DNA of 64,000 nucleotides from an uncultured Desulfobacter sp. (GTDB lineage Bacteria > Desulfobacterota > Desulfobacteria > Desulfobacterales > Desulfobacteraceae): positions 5,152,001 through 5,216,000 of the forward strand of contig OY762069.1 of assembly GCA_963665095.1 (NCBI GenBank), in the 5' to 3' direction. The notes under the pieces were generated by a model. It saw nothing but the letters and a program-made list of their open reading frames with translations, did not search any database and had not been told where the DNA came from. Shown piece by piece: positions 49,515 to 59,108 of this stretch (position 1 is the stretch's first letter; the number at the start of each line of letters is the position of its first letter). The translations under genes were made by a program, and so were the position numbers.

Positions 49515-50894
49515 TTGGATATGATCAATCCGGAACAGATTACCGCCCTGAAAAATATTGTGGGTAAAGACAGGTGCTTTGATACACCTGAACAACTGGC
49601 CTGTTATTCTTATGACGCCTATTTTGAGGAAGCCCTGCCTGATCTGGTGCTTTTTCCTGTAACCAGGGAAGAGGTGTCGGATATTTTAAAAATCTGCTCG
49701 GCACAGAAAATCCCTGTGACCGCCAGAGGGGCCGGCACCTCAATCTGCGGTGCCAGCATTCCGGCCAGGGGCGGAGTTGTTTTATGTTTTTCAAAGATGA
49801 ACCGGATCATTGAAATCAATACCAAAGACCGGTACGTCATTGTGGAACCGGGGGTGGTTAATTCGGACCTTCAAAAGGCCCTGGCACCCTTTGGTTTCTT
49901 TTATCCGCCGGATCCGGGTTCCATGGTGGTTTCCACCATCGGCGGAAATGTGGCCCAGAATGCGGGCGGTCCCCGCTGTCTGAAATACGGGGTGACCGTT
50001 GACTATATCCTTGGTATGGAGGTGGTGCTGGCCTCCGGCAAGGTGGTGCGGTTTGGTTCCCGCAATGTCAAGGATGTTACCGGCTACCGCCTTTCCGCCC
50101 TTTTCTGCGGGTCCGAGGGCACTTTAGGCATGGTGACGTCTGTGATCCTCAAGGTTCTGCCCCAGCCGGAAAGCGTCCAAACCCTTCTTGTCACCTTTGA
50201 CGATCTGGACAATACCGCCAAGGCTGTGGCCGATATTATCGGTGCCGGCATCCTGCCTGCCGCCATGGAACTGATGGACAGAACCACCATCCAAACCATT
50301 GAGGCCAAAGCCCATATCGGGCTGCCTGTGGATGCCGAAGGCACCCTGCTTTTAGAAGTGGACGGGGTGAAAGAGGCGTGTGAAAAAGAGATTGAGAAAA
50401 TTACGGAAAAGCTCAAAGCCAACGGGGCTGTCAATATCGATATTGCCAGGACCGAAGAGGATCGTGAAAAACTCTGGCAGGCAAGGCGGTCGGCATACGG
50501 GGTCTTTGCCAAGCTTTCGCCGAGCCTCTACACCGAAGATATTGTGGTGCCCACCAGCAAGATTCCGGAGATGACCCGTATCATTGTGGATATTGCAGAT
50601 AAATACAATCTCACTGTGGGGGTGATGGCCCATGCCGGTGACGGCAACATGCATCCCATGATTCCGGCGGACAAGGCCAACCCGGAAGAGTGGAAGCGGG
50701 TGGAAAAGGCCTTTGACGAAATTATGGCGGCAGCCGCCGACCTAAAGGGCTCTTTGTCAGGAGAGCACGGCATCGGCCTTGCCAAGGCGGAATACCTGCC
50801 CCTGGTCATGAATGAAGATGCGGTTGAGTTCATGGGGGTGATTAAAAAGGCCGTGGATCCGGACGGCATCCTGAATCCGGGAAAGTTTGTGTAA
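49515..50894 (+). CDS. glcD: FAD-linked glycolate/D-lactate oxidase subunit
   Basis: RGAGT, YPPDPGS, GSEGTLG, HAGDGNMH, GEHGIG and ILNPGK. Confidence 0.85.
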   Translation: MDMINPEQITALKNIVGKDRCFDTPEQLACYSYDAYFEEALPDLVLFPVTREEVSDILKICSAQKIPVTARGAGTSICGASIPARGGVVLCFSKMNRIIEINTKDRYVIVEPGVVNSDLQKALAPFGFFYPPDPGSMVVSTIGGNVAQNAGGPRCLKYGVTVDYILGMEVVLASGKVVRFGSRNVKDVTGYRLSALFCGSEGTLGMVTSVILKVLPQPESVQTLLVTFDDLDNTAKAVADIIGAGILPAAMELMDRTTIQTIEAKAHIGLPVDAEGTLLLEVDGVKEACEKEIEKITEKLKANGAVNIDIARTEEDREKLWQARRSAYGVFAKLSPSLYTEDIVVPTSKIPEMTRIIVDIADKYNLTVGVMAHAGDGNMHPMIPADKANPEEWKRVEKAFDEIMAAAADLKGSLSGEHGIGLAKAEYLPLVMNEDAVEFMGVIKKAVDPDGILNPGKFV

Positions 50895-50895
50895 C

Positions 50896-52155
50896 ATGAC
50901 GGAATTATACGGACAAAATTGCAACAAGTGCGGGTTTTGCCTTTCAGTGTGCCCGACCTATAAGGCCCAGGGGACCGAAGATGCCTCCCCGAGAGCCAGG
51001 ATCCAGCTCATTGATGCGCTAAAGGAGAACAGAGTCGGGTCATCTGAGAAACTCAAAGAGATTATCTCCAAATGCCTGATGTGCGGCAGTTGTGCCAATA
51101 TCTGCCCTTCAGGCATCAACCATTATGACCGGTTCATGCGCATGCGCGAGCAGATGATCGCGGACCACGGGGATTCGGTTGAAATCAAGAGTCTGGTTTA
51201 TCTTCTGGCCCGGGAATCCCGGATCAGCATGGCGGCAGGGGCTGCCCGGGTGGCCCAGAAACTGGTGCCAGATGCATTTGCCAGAAAATATCGTCTGGGA
51301 AATATTCCGTTAAAACGGTTCCCCTCTTTTAATAAAGTGCCGTTCAGGCAGGCGGCCCGGAAGCGGTTAACAGATGCTTCCCCCAAGGGGCAAACAGCGC
51401 CCGATACCCTGAAATACGGCAGGGTCCTTTATTTCACCGGCTGCGCCACCAATTATTTGTTTGATGATACCGGTTTTGCTACACTTGAAATTCTTAGGAA
51501 TTTAGGCGTGGATGTAGTGATTCCTGAAAAGCAGACCTGCTGCGGAATTCCCATGATTTTTCACGGCGGTCGGATCAAGGCCCAATCCAACATAAAAACC
51601 AACCTGGCCTGCCTGGATGTCAGCGGGTTTGACGCTGTGATTGTGGACTGTCCCACCTGCGGGGCGGCCCTGAAAAATGAATACCCGGCCCTGGTGAAAG
51701 AGTTCGGGCTGGACCAGGCCCGGGCGGACCAGATCGCCGAAAAGGTAATGGATATCAGTACCTTCCTGATGACTCACGGTCACCCGGAAACGTTCCCTGC
51801 CCAGACAGAATCTGTATCCGTTACCTATCATCAGCCCTGTCATCTGAAAAACAACATGCCCCATCCATCCAGCAGTCAGGCGCTTTTAAAGGCCCTGCCT
51901 GGTGTAGAGTATATACCTGCATCCGATTTCAATGTCTGCTGCGGCGGGGGCGGCACCTTTTTTTATGAATATCCGGATTTGTCCAGGGGCATGGTGGACA
52001 AAAAAGTAGCCAATGCAAACGCCACAGGCGCCCGGTTCTGGGTAACAGACTGCCCGGTGTGCAGGATCAACCTTGGCGGCAACCTTGAAGAATCCGACAC
52101 CCTGAGCGTGGTACACCCCGCGTTTTTGGCAGCAGGCAGGATGTTCAGCCAGTAA
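50896..52155 (+). CDS. glcF: Fe-S subunit with two 4Fe-4S motifs and CCG domains
   Basis: Two CxxCxxCxxxCP motifs and two CCG motifs; ATG at 50896 (track start 50887). Confidence 0.8.
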   Translation: MTELYGQNCNKCGFCLSVCPTYKAQGTEDASPRARIQLIDALKENRVGSSEKLKEIISKCLMCGSCANICPSGINHYDRFMRMREQMIADHGDSVEIKSLVYLLARESRISMAAGAARVAQKLVPDAFARKYRLGNIPLKRFPSFNKVPFRQAARKRLTDASPKGQTAPDTLKYGRVLYFTGCATNYLFDDTGFATLEILRNLGVDVVIPEKQTCCGIPMIFHGGRIKAQSNIKTNLACLDVSGFDAVIVDCPTCGAALKNEYPALVKEFGLDQARADQIAEKVMDISTFLMTHGHPETFPAQTESVSVTYHQPCHLKNNMPHPSSSQALLKALPGVEYIPASDFNVCCGGGGTFFYEYPDLSRGMVDKKVANANATGARFWVTDCPVCRINLGGNLEESDTLSVVHPAFLAAGRMFSQ

Positions 52156-52283
52156 AGGCCCAGTCAATTATATCCGGTACTAAATGTATTTTAACGGTTT
52201 TTTGCAGAATCCGGATAATGTATTAAACGGAAGACAAAACCTCAGAAATCAACATTTAAAGTTATTATGAACAATCCATGTTT

Positions 52284-52868
52284 CTAATCATTACGACCGT
52301 CATCACGGGCGATATATCTAACAAGGCAGGAGTGAAGCAGAAGCCACGTTTTGAAATTTAGTCTTGCCAATACTTCAGAATGGTTAATTAAACATTGTCT
52401 CTCGATGGAGTTAATGATTGTCAAATCAATATAAAAATCTTTTTCTTCGTTATCCCATCTTGGAATGAATACCCTCTTAAAAAACTTATACTTTTTAAAA
52501 TTATAGAGAACATTTCCGGGAGTGTCATGTGGAACTGGAATAAGGGGAGATACTTGAGTGAGTTGTGGTATCGAAGAGGCTTCATTAATAGGGATACTTC
52601 TTGATAGATCACAAGTATTTCCCAATATTACCCAATAGTTATATTCATCATCAATAATTGATACATCTCCATCTCCATCAATATACACAGGATTATTTTT
52701 TAATGAAATGATATCTCCTTGAAAAAAAGCTTTTTCATTTTTATTGATGTACGGAGCAAAAAATTGATAAAAAATAGATCCATCATCAATTAGAGATTTA
52801 ATTTGGCGCCCTAACTCTTCAAAATCATAAATTGGCGGCCAGCGACCTACATTCTCAGAAACATTCAT
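52284..52868 (-). CDS. Hypothetical protein with a PemK/MazF-like motif order
   Basis: QGDII, VILGNTCD, VSPL, IDLTIINSIER and LARL; AT-rich. Confidence 0.6.
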   Translation of the reverse strand: MNVSENVGRWPPIYDFEELGRQIKSLIDDGSIFYQFFAPYINKNEKAFFQGDIISLKNNPVYIDGDGDVSIIDDEYNYWVILGNTCDLSRSIPINEASSIPQLTQVSPLIPVPHDTPGNVLYNFKKYKFFKRVFIPRWDNEEKDFYIDLTIINSIERQCLINHSEVLARLNFKTWLLLHSCLVRYIARDDGRND

Positions 52869-53269
52869 GCCTTTTTGTTAACCAATATTTTTTTTGTTTT
52901 TATTGTAACCTTGCTAAAAAAAACATCTGCTTCTTTTTCTGCGATCTCATCACTTTCTAAAAATGATAGCTTTTTTAAGATACTAAATGTATCTGCTATT
53001 GAACTATGATCATCTTCTAAGGCAATATACTCTACCTTAATATCTGACCACGTATTTGTATCAGAATAGTAAAGACTATTAACCGCATACCCACCGCTCC
53101 CTTCCTTATTCACAGCGAAATTACCTAACGGCGGAGAAGAAAAAATAGGCATGCTGGCATTTAACAAAAAAGCGCCGCAAATCACCATAGTCTTTGTTTT
53201 GTCTTTAAGGGAGTATTGATATTGAGTCTGACTCTGCAACAAATTGTCGTACAAGTCTGTATTATACAT
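52865..53269 (-). CDS. Hypothetical small protein, middle gene of a coupled triplet
   Basis: 134 aa; starts 2 nt after the upstream stop and overlaps the downstream start (ATGA). Confidence 0.65.
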   Translation of the reverse strand: MYNTDLYDNLLQSQTQYQYSLKDKTKTMVICGAFLLNASMPIFSSPPLGNFAVNKEGSGGYAVNSLYYSDTNTWSDIKVEYIALEDDHSSIADTFSILKKLSFLESDEIAEKEADVFFSKVTIKTKKILVNKKA

Positions 53270-53271
53270 GT

Positions 53272-53991
53272 TTAATACTCCGGATTAAGTGTTTTTAAAA
53301 AATCAGGCTGAAGCAAATCAAAAAAAACTGATAATGACACTTCATGCTGTTTATCCAGTAAAAAAAGGAGGTCCTTAAAAGAAATATCTTGTTTGGGTTC
53401 AAAGAAAGTATCTGTATCTATAATAGATCCGGTACGGTTATTGTTATCATAAATAACAGTCGAGTTATTTTGAATATTTACTCTAGTAATCAATTGATCA
53501 TGTTCAAAAATAGTACTAACAGTAATTTGCTTTGCCTCAAGAGGGGCATCATTAAAGCTAATTGAAAGTGTTATCTTTTCAAAGATATCTATTTCAAAAA
53601 AATCTATATATCGGATTCCAATTCGAGTGAATCTTTTTACAATTCCAGATTTCTCTAATTGCTTAATAATATTTTCCAAAAATGGATAAAAATTTTCTTT
53701 CCATCCAACATAATCACCTGGATTTCCTAAAGATATTACATTTGGACCGACGTTCAATCGATATCCATTTGAAATAGATTGATAACATGGCGCAAATTTT
53801 AACTGAGGATCTTTCTGCCTTAGCTCCCCCGGAATATCCGCTATGGGCAATTTGTTAAAATTGGGGAAATCGTTTCGAACAACGTTGAACAGCATACCTA
53901 AAATGGCATCAGGTGGAATTTCACTTTCAAAACGAAACTCTACAACAGCATCAATTATTGGATCTGGAGTTATTTTTGTCGGCCTTGGCAT
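53272..53991 (-). CDS. TIGR04255-like (sporadically distributed) protein
   Basis: PIIDAVVEFRF, YVGW, RIGIRYIDFF, IIDTD and FFDLL. Confidence 0.8.
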   Translation of the reverse strand: MPRPTKITPDPIIDAVVEFRFESEIPPDAILGMLFNVVRNDFPNFNKLPIADIPGELRQKDPQLKFAPCYQSISNGYRLNVGPNVISLGNPGDYVGWKENFYPFLENIIKQLEKSGIVKRFTRIGIRYIDFFEIDIFEKITLSISFNDAPLEAKQITVSTIFEHDQLITRVNIQNNSTVIYDNNNRTGSIIDTDTFFEPKQDISFKDLLFLLDKQHEVSLSVFFDLLQPDFLKTLNPEY

Positions 53992-54498
53992 CGGTATTGA
54001 CCTTATCTTAATCTATAATTATTTCTTAACATTAAAAAGTCTTCAAAATTTAGATAGATGACTTTACAATATTCGTTGTTATTTGGTTGACTATAGTTAA
54101 GACCAGTAACCGGATCACCCATAACTATAAAATATTAATCATTCTCTTTTAGAATGTAAACCTAAAAGAGGGACATAAACCAATCAACTTAATTGGAGAT
54201 AAACATCCCCTGTTAAAAATTGCAACAGTCAATTTAATGCCCTGTTAAATTTCATTTCCAGGAACGCCTTGATTACATTTAATATATTAAAATCCGTTTT
54301 AATCCCGGTATGGTCCTGTAAAGGATTATTCGGTATTAAATGGATTTTTGAAGACTCATGGGGTTAATGTATCAAATTCAATTTTCGACTAAAATAGTCC
54401 CCTCCCATACATTGTGGGGTTGTGATTAAGATAAATATTTCATTCCGGCGTTTTTAACTCATAAGAGGTTGAAAAGATTCCTGGCTTTAAAATTCCAT

Positions 54499-55004
54499 CT
54501 ACTCTTCCAGGAAATAAAACATCTGTTTCCCACTGGTGGTGATGAATTCGATATTGTTTCCGGCAGACCGGAATGCCGCACCAGATGACTGGTGTTCATT
54601 AAAATAGGCAAGATCATCTTCGGTGAGGGCTGTGATCCAGAATCCGAGCCGGTAGGTGCTGCCGTCCTCAAGGCTGAAAATGCCGCTGTTTCTGTCAATG
54701 GAAAACGACGAATTTTGGCTGTTGAGACAGCTTGTTAAAATATCCAGGTCCAAAACGGCCGGAACCATATCCTGGGTGGTGCCGTCGGCGTAACTGATGG
54801 TGATTTTGTAAGTTTCAGATGCCGGGTCATCCACCTGGGCCGTAAATGAAATGCCATTGCGGCTTTCATCGGCCCCCTGGTTAAAGCCGTATCCGGTCAT
54901 GGCGCAAAGGGTTGTTGTCTCATCAAAGGCAATGGTGAAGCGGCCGTCGGTTGCCAGGGCAACGGGATAATCATAGTCCAGAAGGGCCAGCATGGTATCA
55001 CAGG
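54499..55004 (-). pseudogene. C-terminal fragment of an unknown gene whose 5' end is replaced by an intron relic
   Basis: The first ~27 codons of track ORF 54499..55086 are mostly the antisense of intron domains V/VI; no native start or RBS is visible. Confidence 0.55.
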
Positions 55005-55006
55005 TA

Positions 55007-55069
55007 TGGGAAAACCGCACATCCGTGACTGTGCGGGGGGGCGTCGGGTGACCGACGTTCCTACCGTGA
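55007..55069 (+). mobile_element. Group II intron 3' end relic (partial domain V plus domain VI)
   Basis: GGGAAAACCGCACATCCGTGACTGTGCGGGGGGGCGTCGGGTGACCGACGTTCCTACCGTGA has the DV 3' part and the DVI hairpin ending CCTAC; the AGC triad arm is missing. Confidence 0.75.
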
Positions 55070-55087
55070 GATGCCCTAAAAAACACA

Positions 55088-55121
55088 TTGCGTATCCCAA
55101 TTTAGTACGTTAAAATGTACA
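55088..55121 (+). promoter_or_regulatory. Toxin-antitoxin promoter with a YefM-type operator
   Basis: TTGCGT-17nt-TAAAAT; AGTACG (55104) and TGTACA (55116) cores 12 bp apart. Confidence 0.65.
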
Positions 55122-55143
55122 AAAAACAACAAGGGGATATGCA

Positions 55144-55425
55144 ATGCAAAGATTAAGGATAGACCAAGACATTAAACCTCTCTCGGAAGTACGAACGGGG
55201 ATTGCATCAGTTATTAAACAAGTTCACGAGACCAAAAGGCCGGTTGTCATTACCCAGCATGGAAAAGGGGTTGCAGTTCTTTTAGGTGTCAATGAATATG
55301 AATCCATGCAAGAAAAGATGGAGCTTCTGACTGATATACAAACTTCAATCAACCAGATAGAAAATGGCGACGGGGTCGAACACGATGAAGCAAAAAAAAT
55401 GATTATGCAACGGATTCTTAAGTGA
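55144..55425 (+). CDS. Phd/YefM family antitoxin
   Basis: IKPLSEVR and RPVVITQHGKGVAVLL. Confidence 0.92.
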   Translation: MQRLRIDQDIKPLSEVRTGIASVIKQVHETKRPVVITQHGKGVAVLLGVNEYESMQEKMELLTDIQTSINQIENGDGVEHDEAKKMIMQRILK

Positions 55426-55718
55426 AAATAATCTGGTCTCCATTGGCTATCGATAGAGTGGCCGAAATTGCAAACTACATAGCAAAAGACAAACCAACTG
55501 CTGCCGAAAATTGGGTGGACAAAATATTTTCAAAAGTTGAGACCCTAACATCGTCTCCTAATTCTGGAAGAATTGTTCCTGAAATCAACAAGGATCAATA
55601 TCGAGAAATCATCTATGGAAATTACAGAATAGTGTATCGTCTTGAAGAAAAGCGAATATCTGTTCTGACCGTTCGTCATGGTAAGCAATTATTACCAGTT
55701 GAAGAAATATTGGCATAA
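55422..55718 (+). CDS. RelE/ParE family toxin
   Basis: IIWSPLA, GRIVPE, YRIVYR and VLTVRHG; overlaps the antitoxin gene end. Confidence 0.92.
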   Translation: MKIIWSPLAIDRVAEIANYIAKDKPTAAENWVDKIFSKVETLTSSPNSGRIVPEINKDQYREIIYGNYRIVYRLEEKRISVLTVRHGKQLLPVEEILA

Positions 55719-55764
55719 CGAATAAGGATAAGGAACGAACTAGGATCTTATCCGATTGTTGGGC
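55713..55764 (+). mobile_element. attC-like site
   Basis: GCATAAC overlapping the toxin stop, inner GGATAAG/CTTATCC arms and a GTTGGGC (GTTRRRY) end; 52 nt long. Confidence 0.5.
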
Positions 55765-56247
55765 AAGCCGGCCATGAACGACGTTTTTTTGCAAATTTTT
55801 CAAAAAATTTCCATTATAATTTGCTGGATATTGGCAATGAACTGCAGTCAGATACCATGCGAATGATCTGTGAAGGTTAATCCCGGATATACGAGTTCCG
55901 GTCAGCTTTAAAAAATCAATTGATTTTCCATATGTTGATGATAGTATCAGGCATTTGATACACAAAGGTGTTTGGCGTTTTCCCATTGCAGTTCCAAAAA
56001 GTTTTTTGCATTTTCTGATAACGGACACGGGTCACACCTGTTAATCGGCCCGGTATAAAATAGATGTTCCATCGGAGCTTTGTCCATGATTGAGCTTGTT
56101 GTTCATGGACGAAAGAGCCGTTAAGGTTATGACGCTTCTGCATAAAAGATAATCCGTGCGTTTACACTGTTGCCGGGACGCAAAAGTGCCCTGCTTTTTT
56201 GTCCATGGTGCCAGCAACCCATAACCCGTAGCATTGGAGGAGTTCCC

Positions 56248-57903
56248 ATGTCAGATTTTAGTGCCCTGTCATCCGAGGAAGAAGGCAAGTTTTCCGCTCT
56301 GAATCGTGAAAATCTTGATTTCCTGATGAATCGTTACAACCGGGTTAACCGATGGGTCATTGCCGATATGATCCGGCGAAGCGCCTATCATTATCCTGAT
56401 AAGGCTGCACTGGTATTCAAGGATCGCACCCTGACCTATGCCGAGCTTGAAAAGGCAAGTAACCAGGTGGCCAATGCCCTTGCCGGCATTGGCGTGAAAA
56501 AGTACGATCGAGTGGCGATCCTGGCGCACAACACCATTGACCATGTGCTGACCTGGCTGGGCTGCTGCAAGATCGGGGCCGTGTATCTGGCGGTGAATTA
56601 CCTGCTCAAGGGCAAGGATATCACCTATTGCGTGGATCATTCCGAAAGCTGTGTGTTTATTGTTGAAGATGCCCTGTATCCCCTGGTTGCCGAAGTTATG
56701 GACGATATGGATACGGTGAAAACCTTTATCTGGTCCGACGATATGGCAGGCCAGCCGCCCGCCTCGGACCGGTTTCTTGATTTTAAAGCCTGGTACGGCG
56801 CAAGCCCGGCCACAGAACCCAATGCAGTGCTGCGCATTGAAGATCCCTGCCAGATGACCTATACCAGCGGCACCGAATCTTTGCCCAAAGGGGTGATCAT
56901 CTCCAACCAGGCCTTGATTGCCCAGTACATGGGTGCCATTATTGACGGCAATTACGCTGCAGACGACATCAATGTGAATGCGCTTCCCATTTATCACTGT
57001 GCCCAGCGCGATGTGTTCATGAATCCCATGTTCTGGCTGGGGGCCACCAATATCCTGATCCCGCCGGAAATTGACCTGATCCTGAAAACCATCAACCAGT
57101 TTCGGGCCACCATGTTTTTTGCCCCGCCCACGGTGTGGATCGGGATGATGCGTCACCCGGATTTTGACAAGTATGATCTCTCCTGCCTGAAAAAGTGCTA
57201 TTACGGGGCCTCCATCATGCCCGTGGAAGTGCTCAAGGAGATCATGGAGCGGCTTCCCGGAGCAGGGGTCTACAACTATTACGGCCAGACCGAGCTTGCA
57301 CCTTACCACACCATTCTAAAAGCGGAAGATGCCATGGATAAATTAGGCGCTGCCGGCATGGCAGGACTCAACATGGAGAGCCGCCTTGAAAACAGCCAGG
57401 GTGAGAAAGTGGAAAATCCCGGAGAGCCCGGGGAGATCTGCGGCCGGGGGCCCCATGCCATGATCATGTACTTCAAGGAGCCGGATAAAACCGAAAATGC
57501 CATGGCCGGCGGCTGGTTCCACTCCGGTGATATCGGTGTTGAAGATGAGGACCGGTACATCACGGTGGTGGACCGTAAAAAAGATATGATCAAAACCGGC
57601 GGAGAAAATGTCTCCACCCGGGAGGTGGAAGAGGCCATCTATCTGGATAAACGGGTGGAGGAGACCGCCGTCATCGGGCTGCCCCATGAAAAATGGGTGG
57701 AAGCTGTGGCTGCCGTTGTGGTTCCCCGGAAGGGACAGGCCATTGAGGAGCAGGAGATCATCGACCTGTGCCGGGAGCATTTAGCCCCGTTCAAGGTGCC
57801 CAAGAAGGTTGTGATCGTAAGTGCCTTGCCTAAAACCCCCACCGGTAAAATACTGAAACGCGATATGAGAGAAGCGTATAAAAATTTGTTTTTGTCATTA
57901 TAG
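56248..57903 (+). CDS. Acyl-CoA synthetase
   Basis: YTSGTESLPKG, YGQTE, GWFHSGD and TGKILK; RBS GGAGG precedes ATG 56248. Confidence 0.92.
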   Translation: MSDFSALSSEEEGKFSALNRENLDFLMNRYNRVNRWVIADMIRRSAYHYPDKAALVFKDRTLTYAELEKASNQVANALAGIGVKKYDRVAILAHNTIDHVLTWLGCCKIGAVYLAVNYLLKGKDITYCVDHSESCVFIVEDALYPLVAEVMDDMDTVKTFIWSDDMAGQPPASDRFLDFKAWYGASPATEPNAVLRIEDPCQMTYTSGTESLPKGVIISNQALIAQYMGAIIDGNYAADDINVNALPIYHCAQRDVFMNPMFWLGATNILIPPEIDLILKTINQFRATMFFAPPTVWIGMMRHPDFDKYDLSCLKKCYYGASIMPVEVLKEIMERLPGAGVYNYYGQTELAPYHTILKAEDAMDKLGAAGMAGLNMESRLENSQGEKVENPGEPGEICGRGPHAMIMYFKEPDKTENAMAGGWFHSGDIGVEDEDRYITVVDRKKDMIKTGGENVSTREVEEAIYLDKRVEETAVIGLPHEKWVEAVAAVVVPRKGQAIEEQEIIDLCREHLAPFKVPKKVVIVSALPKTPTGKILKRDMREAYKNLFLSL

Positions 57904-57923
57904 GTCCTTTTGTGTGGGTAATT

Positions 57924-57963
57924 TTCTGCAGCCATGGCGTTGGGCCACGGCTGCAGAATTTTT
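57924..57963 (+). terminator. Intrinsic terminator
   Basis: TTCTGCAGCCATGGC / GCCACGGCTGCAGAA stem followed by a T run. Confidence 0.75.
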
Positions 57964-58214
57964 GTGTATACTCCCTGTTTAATCTTTCCAATTATCTCCA
58001 GTTCTAAAAAATTTTTCGGATCAACGAAAACTCTTCTTTTGCAGGCATTAAAAATCTCATTAACGGTTTGTAAAAAGAGACAAATTTGAAAAACCCAGGC
58101 TTTTGAATTAGTTGAATTTATAATATAGTATACAGTTATTATGGCCCGGGTCTGCCCTATGCAGGCCCTTTTAGGGCGTTATGTTTACGCCTTTTATGTT
58201 TGGAGAAATGAATA

Positions 58215-59042
58215 ATGAGAGAACTATTTACAGGCAATTTGAAGTTAACATTGTGTGTGCTGATTTTTGCCTTGTGCTGCTGTGCCGCGCCTGTGGCATC
58301 CATGGCGTCCTCCTCGGCTGACCAGGCATCCCAGACCACCGCAGATCAGGATGATAATATCATTGAGGACGAGGCGGTTCAGGCTCTTTATACCATGAGT
58401 GCGTATCTTCGTACCCTGAAAGTATTTGAAATGACCTCCAGTTTTTACCGGGATGAGGTGCTGACCACCGGTCAGAAAGTGCTGATCAATGGTGAAAGCA
58501 CAACCTTAATCCGGCTGCCGGACAAATATCTTGCAAAGGTCAAGGTGGCGGAAAAAGACAAAGATTTCGAAGTCTATTTTGACGGGCAGAATTTTACGCT
58601 GTCCGGGAAAAATCATCAATTCTATGTTACAACCTCAGCACCCGGTACAGTGGCGGACCTGGTATTTAAGACCTTTGCTGAAAAAGGCATTGAACTGCCG
58701 CTGCAGGATATTTTTTTGTGGGGCACCAGCGCATCAGACAAAGAGGAGCTGATTTCCGCCTTTAAGGTGGGCACCACTGTCATGGACGGTAAGGCCTGCA
58801 CGCACTACGCCTATCGCCAGGAGGGAGTGGACTGGCAGGTGTGGATTCAGGATGGGGAGCAGTCTTTACCCCTGCAGGTTGCCATTATCACCACCAGCGA
58901 TACCTCCCAGCCCCAGTATGCAGCCAATATTAAATGGGATCTGGATCCGTTGGTTCCGGATGAGGCCTTTACATTCATCCCGCCTGAAGGTGCCCGGGCC
59001 ATCTCATTTATGTCTGATCGGGAAACCAAAACTGAAAAATAA
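58215..59042 (+). CDS. DUF2092-like periplasmic protein
   Basis: Signal peptide; YFDG, HYAYRQEGVDWQVWI, PQY and FTFIPP. Confidence 0.8.
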   Translation: MRELFTGNLKLTLCVLIFALCCCAAPVASMASSSADQASQTTADQDDNIIEDEAVQALYTMSAYLRTLKVFEMTSSFYRDEVLTTGQKVLINGESTTLIRLPDKYLAKVKVAEKDKDFEVYFDGQNFTLSGKNHQFYVTTSAPGTVADLVFKTFAEKGIELPLQDIFLWGTSASDKEELISAFKVGTTVMDGKACTHYAYRQEGVDWQVWIQDGEQSLPLQVAIITTSDTSQPQYAANIKWDLDPLVPDEAFTFIPPEGARAISFMSDRETKTEK

Positions 59043-59108
59043 AAAGGTGCCTTCGATGGCTGTCTGACAAGGCGCCAGGGGCACCCCTGAAATTATAAGG
59101 AGCAGAAT

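Noticed and set aside
55765..56165. ORFs 55609..56028 and 55916..56143, possible pseudogene
   Set aside because: AT-rich and fragmented with no recognisable family; cannot be supported.
56174..56195. GGGACGCAAAAG as part of a c-di-GMP-I riboswitch or a sigma54 promoter
   Set aside because: The upstream GGCAAA stem and second hairpin are absent, and the sigma54 match is only GG-N10-GC.
56269..57309. 346-aa minus-strand ORF
   Set aside because: It is an antisense shadow of the acyl-CoA synthetase.
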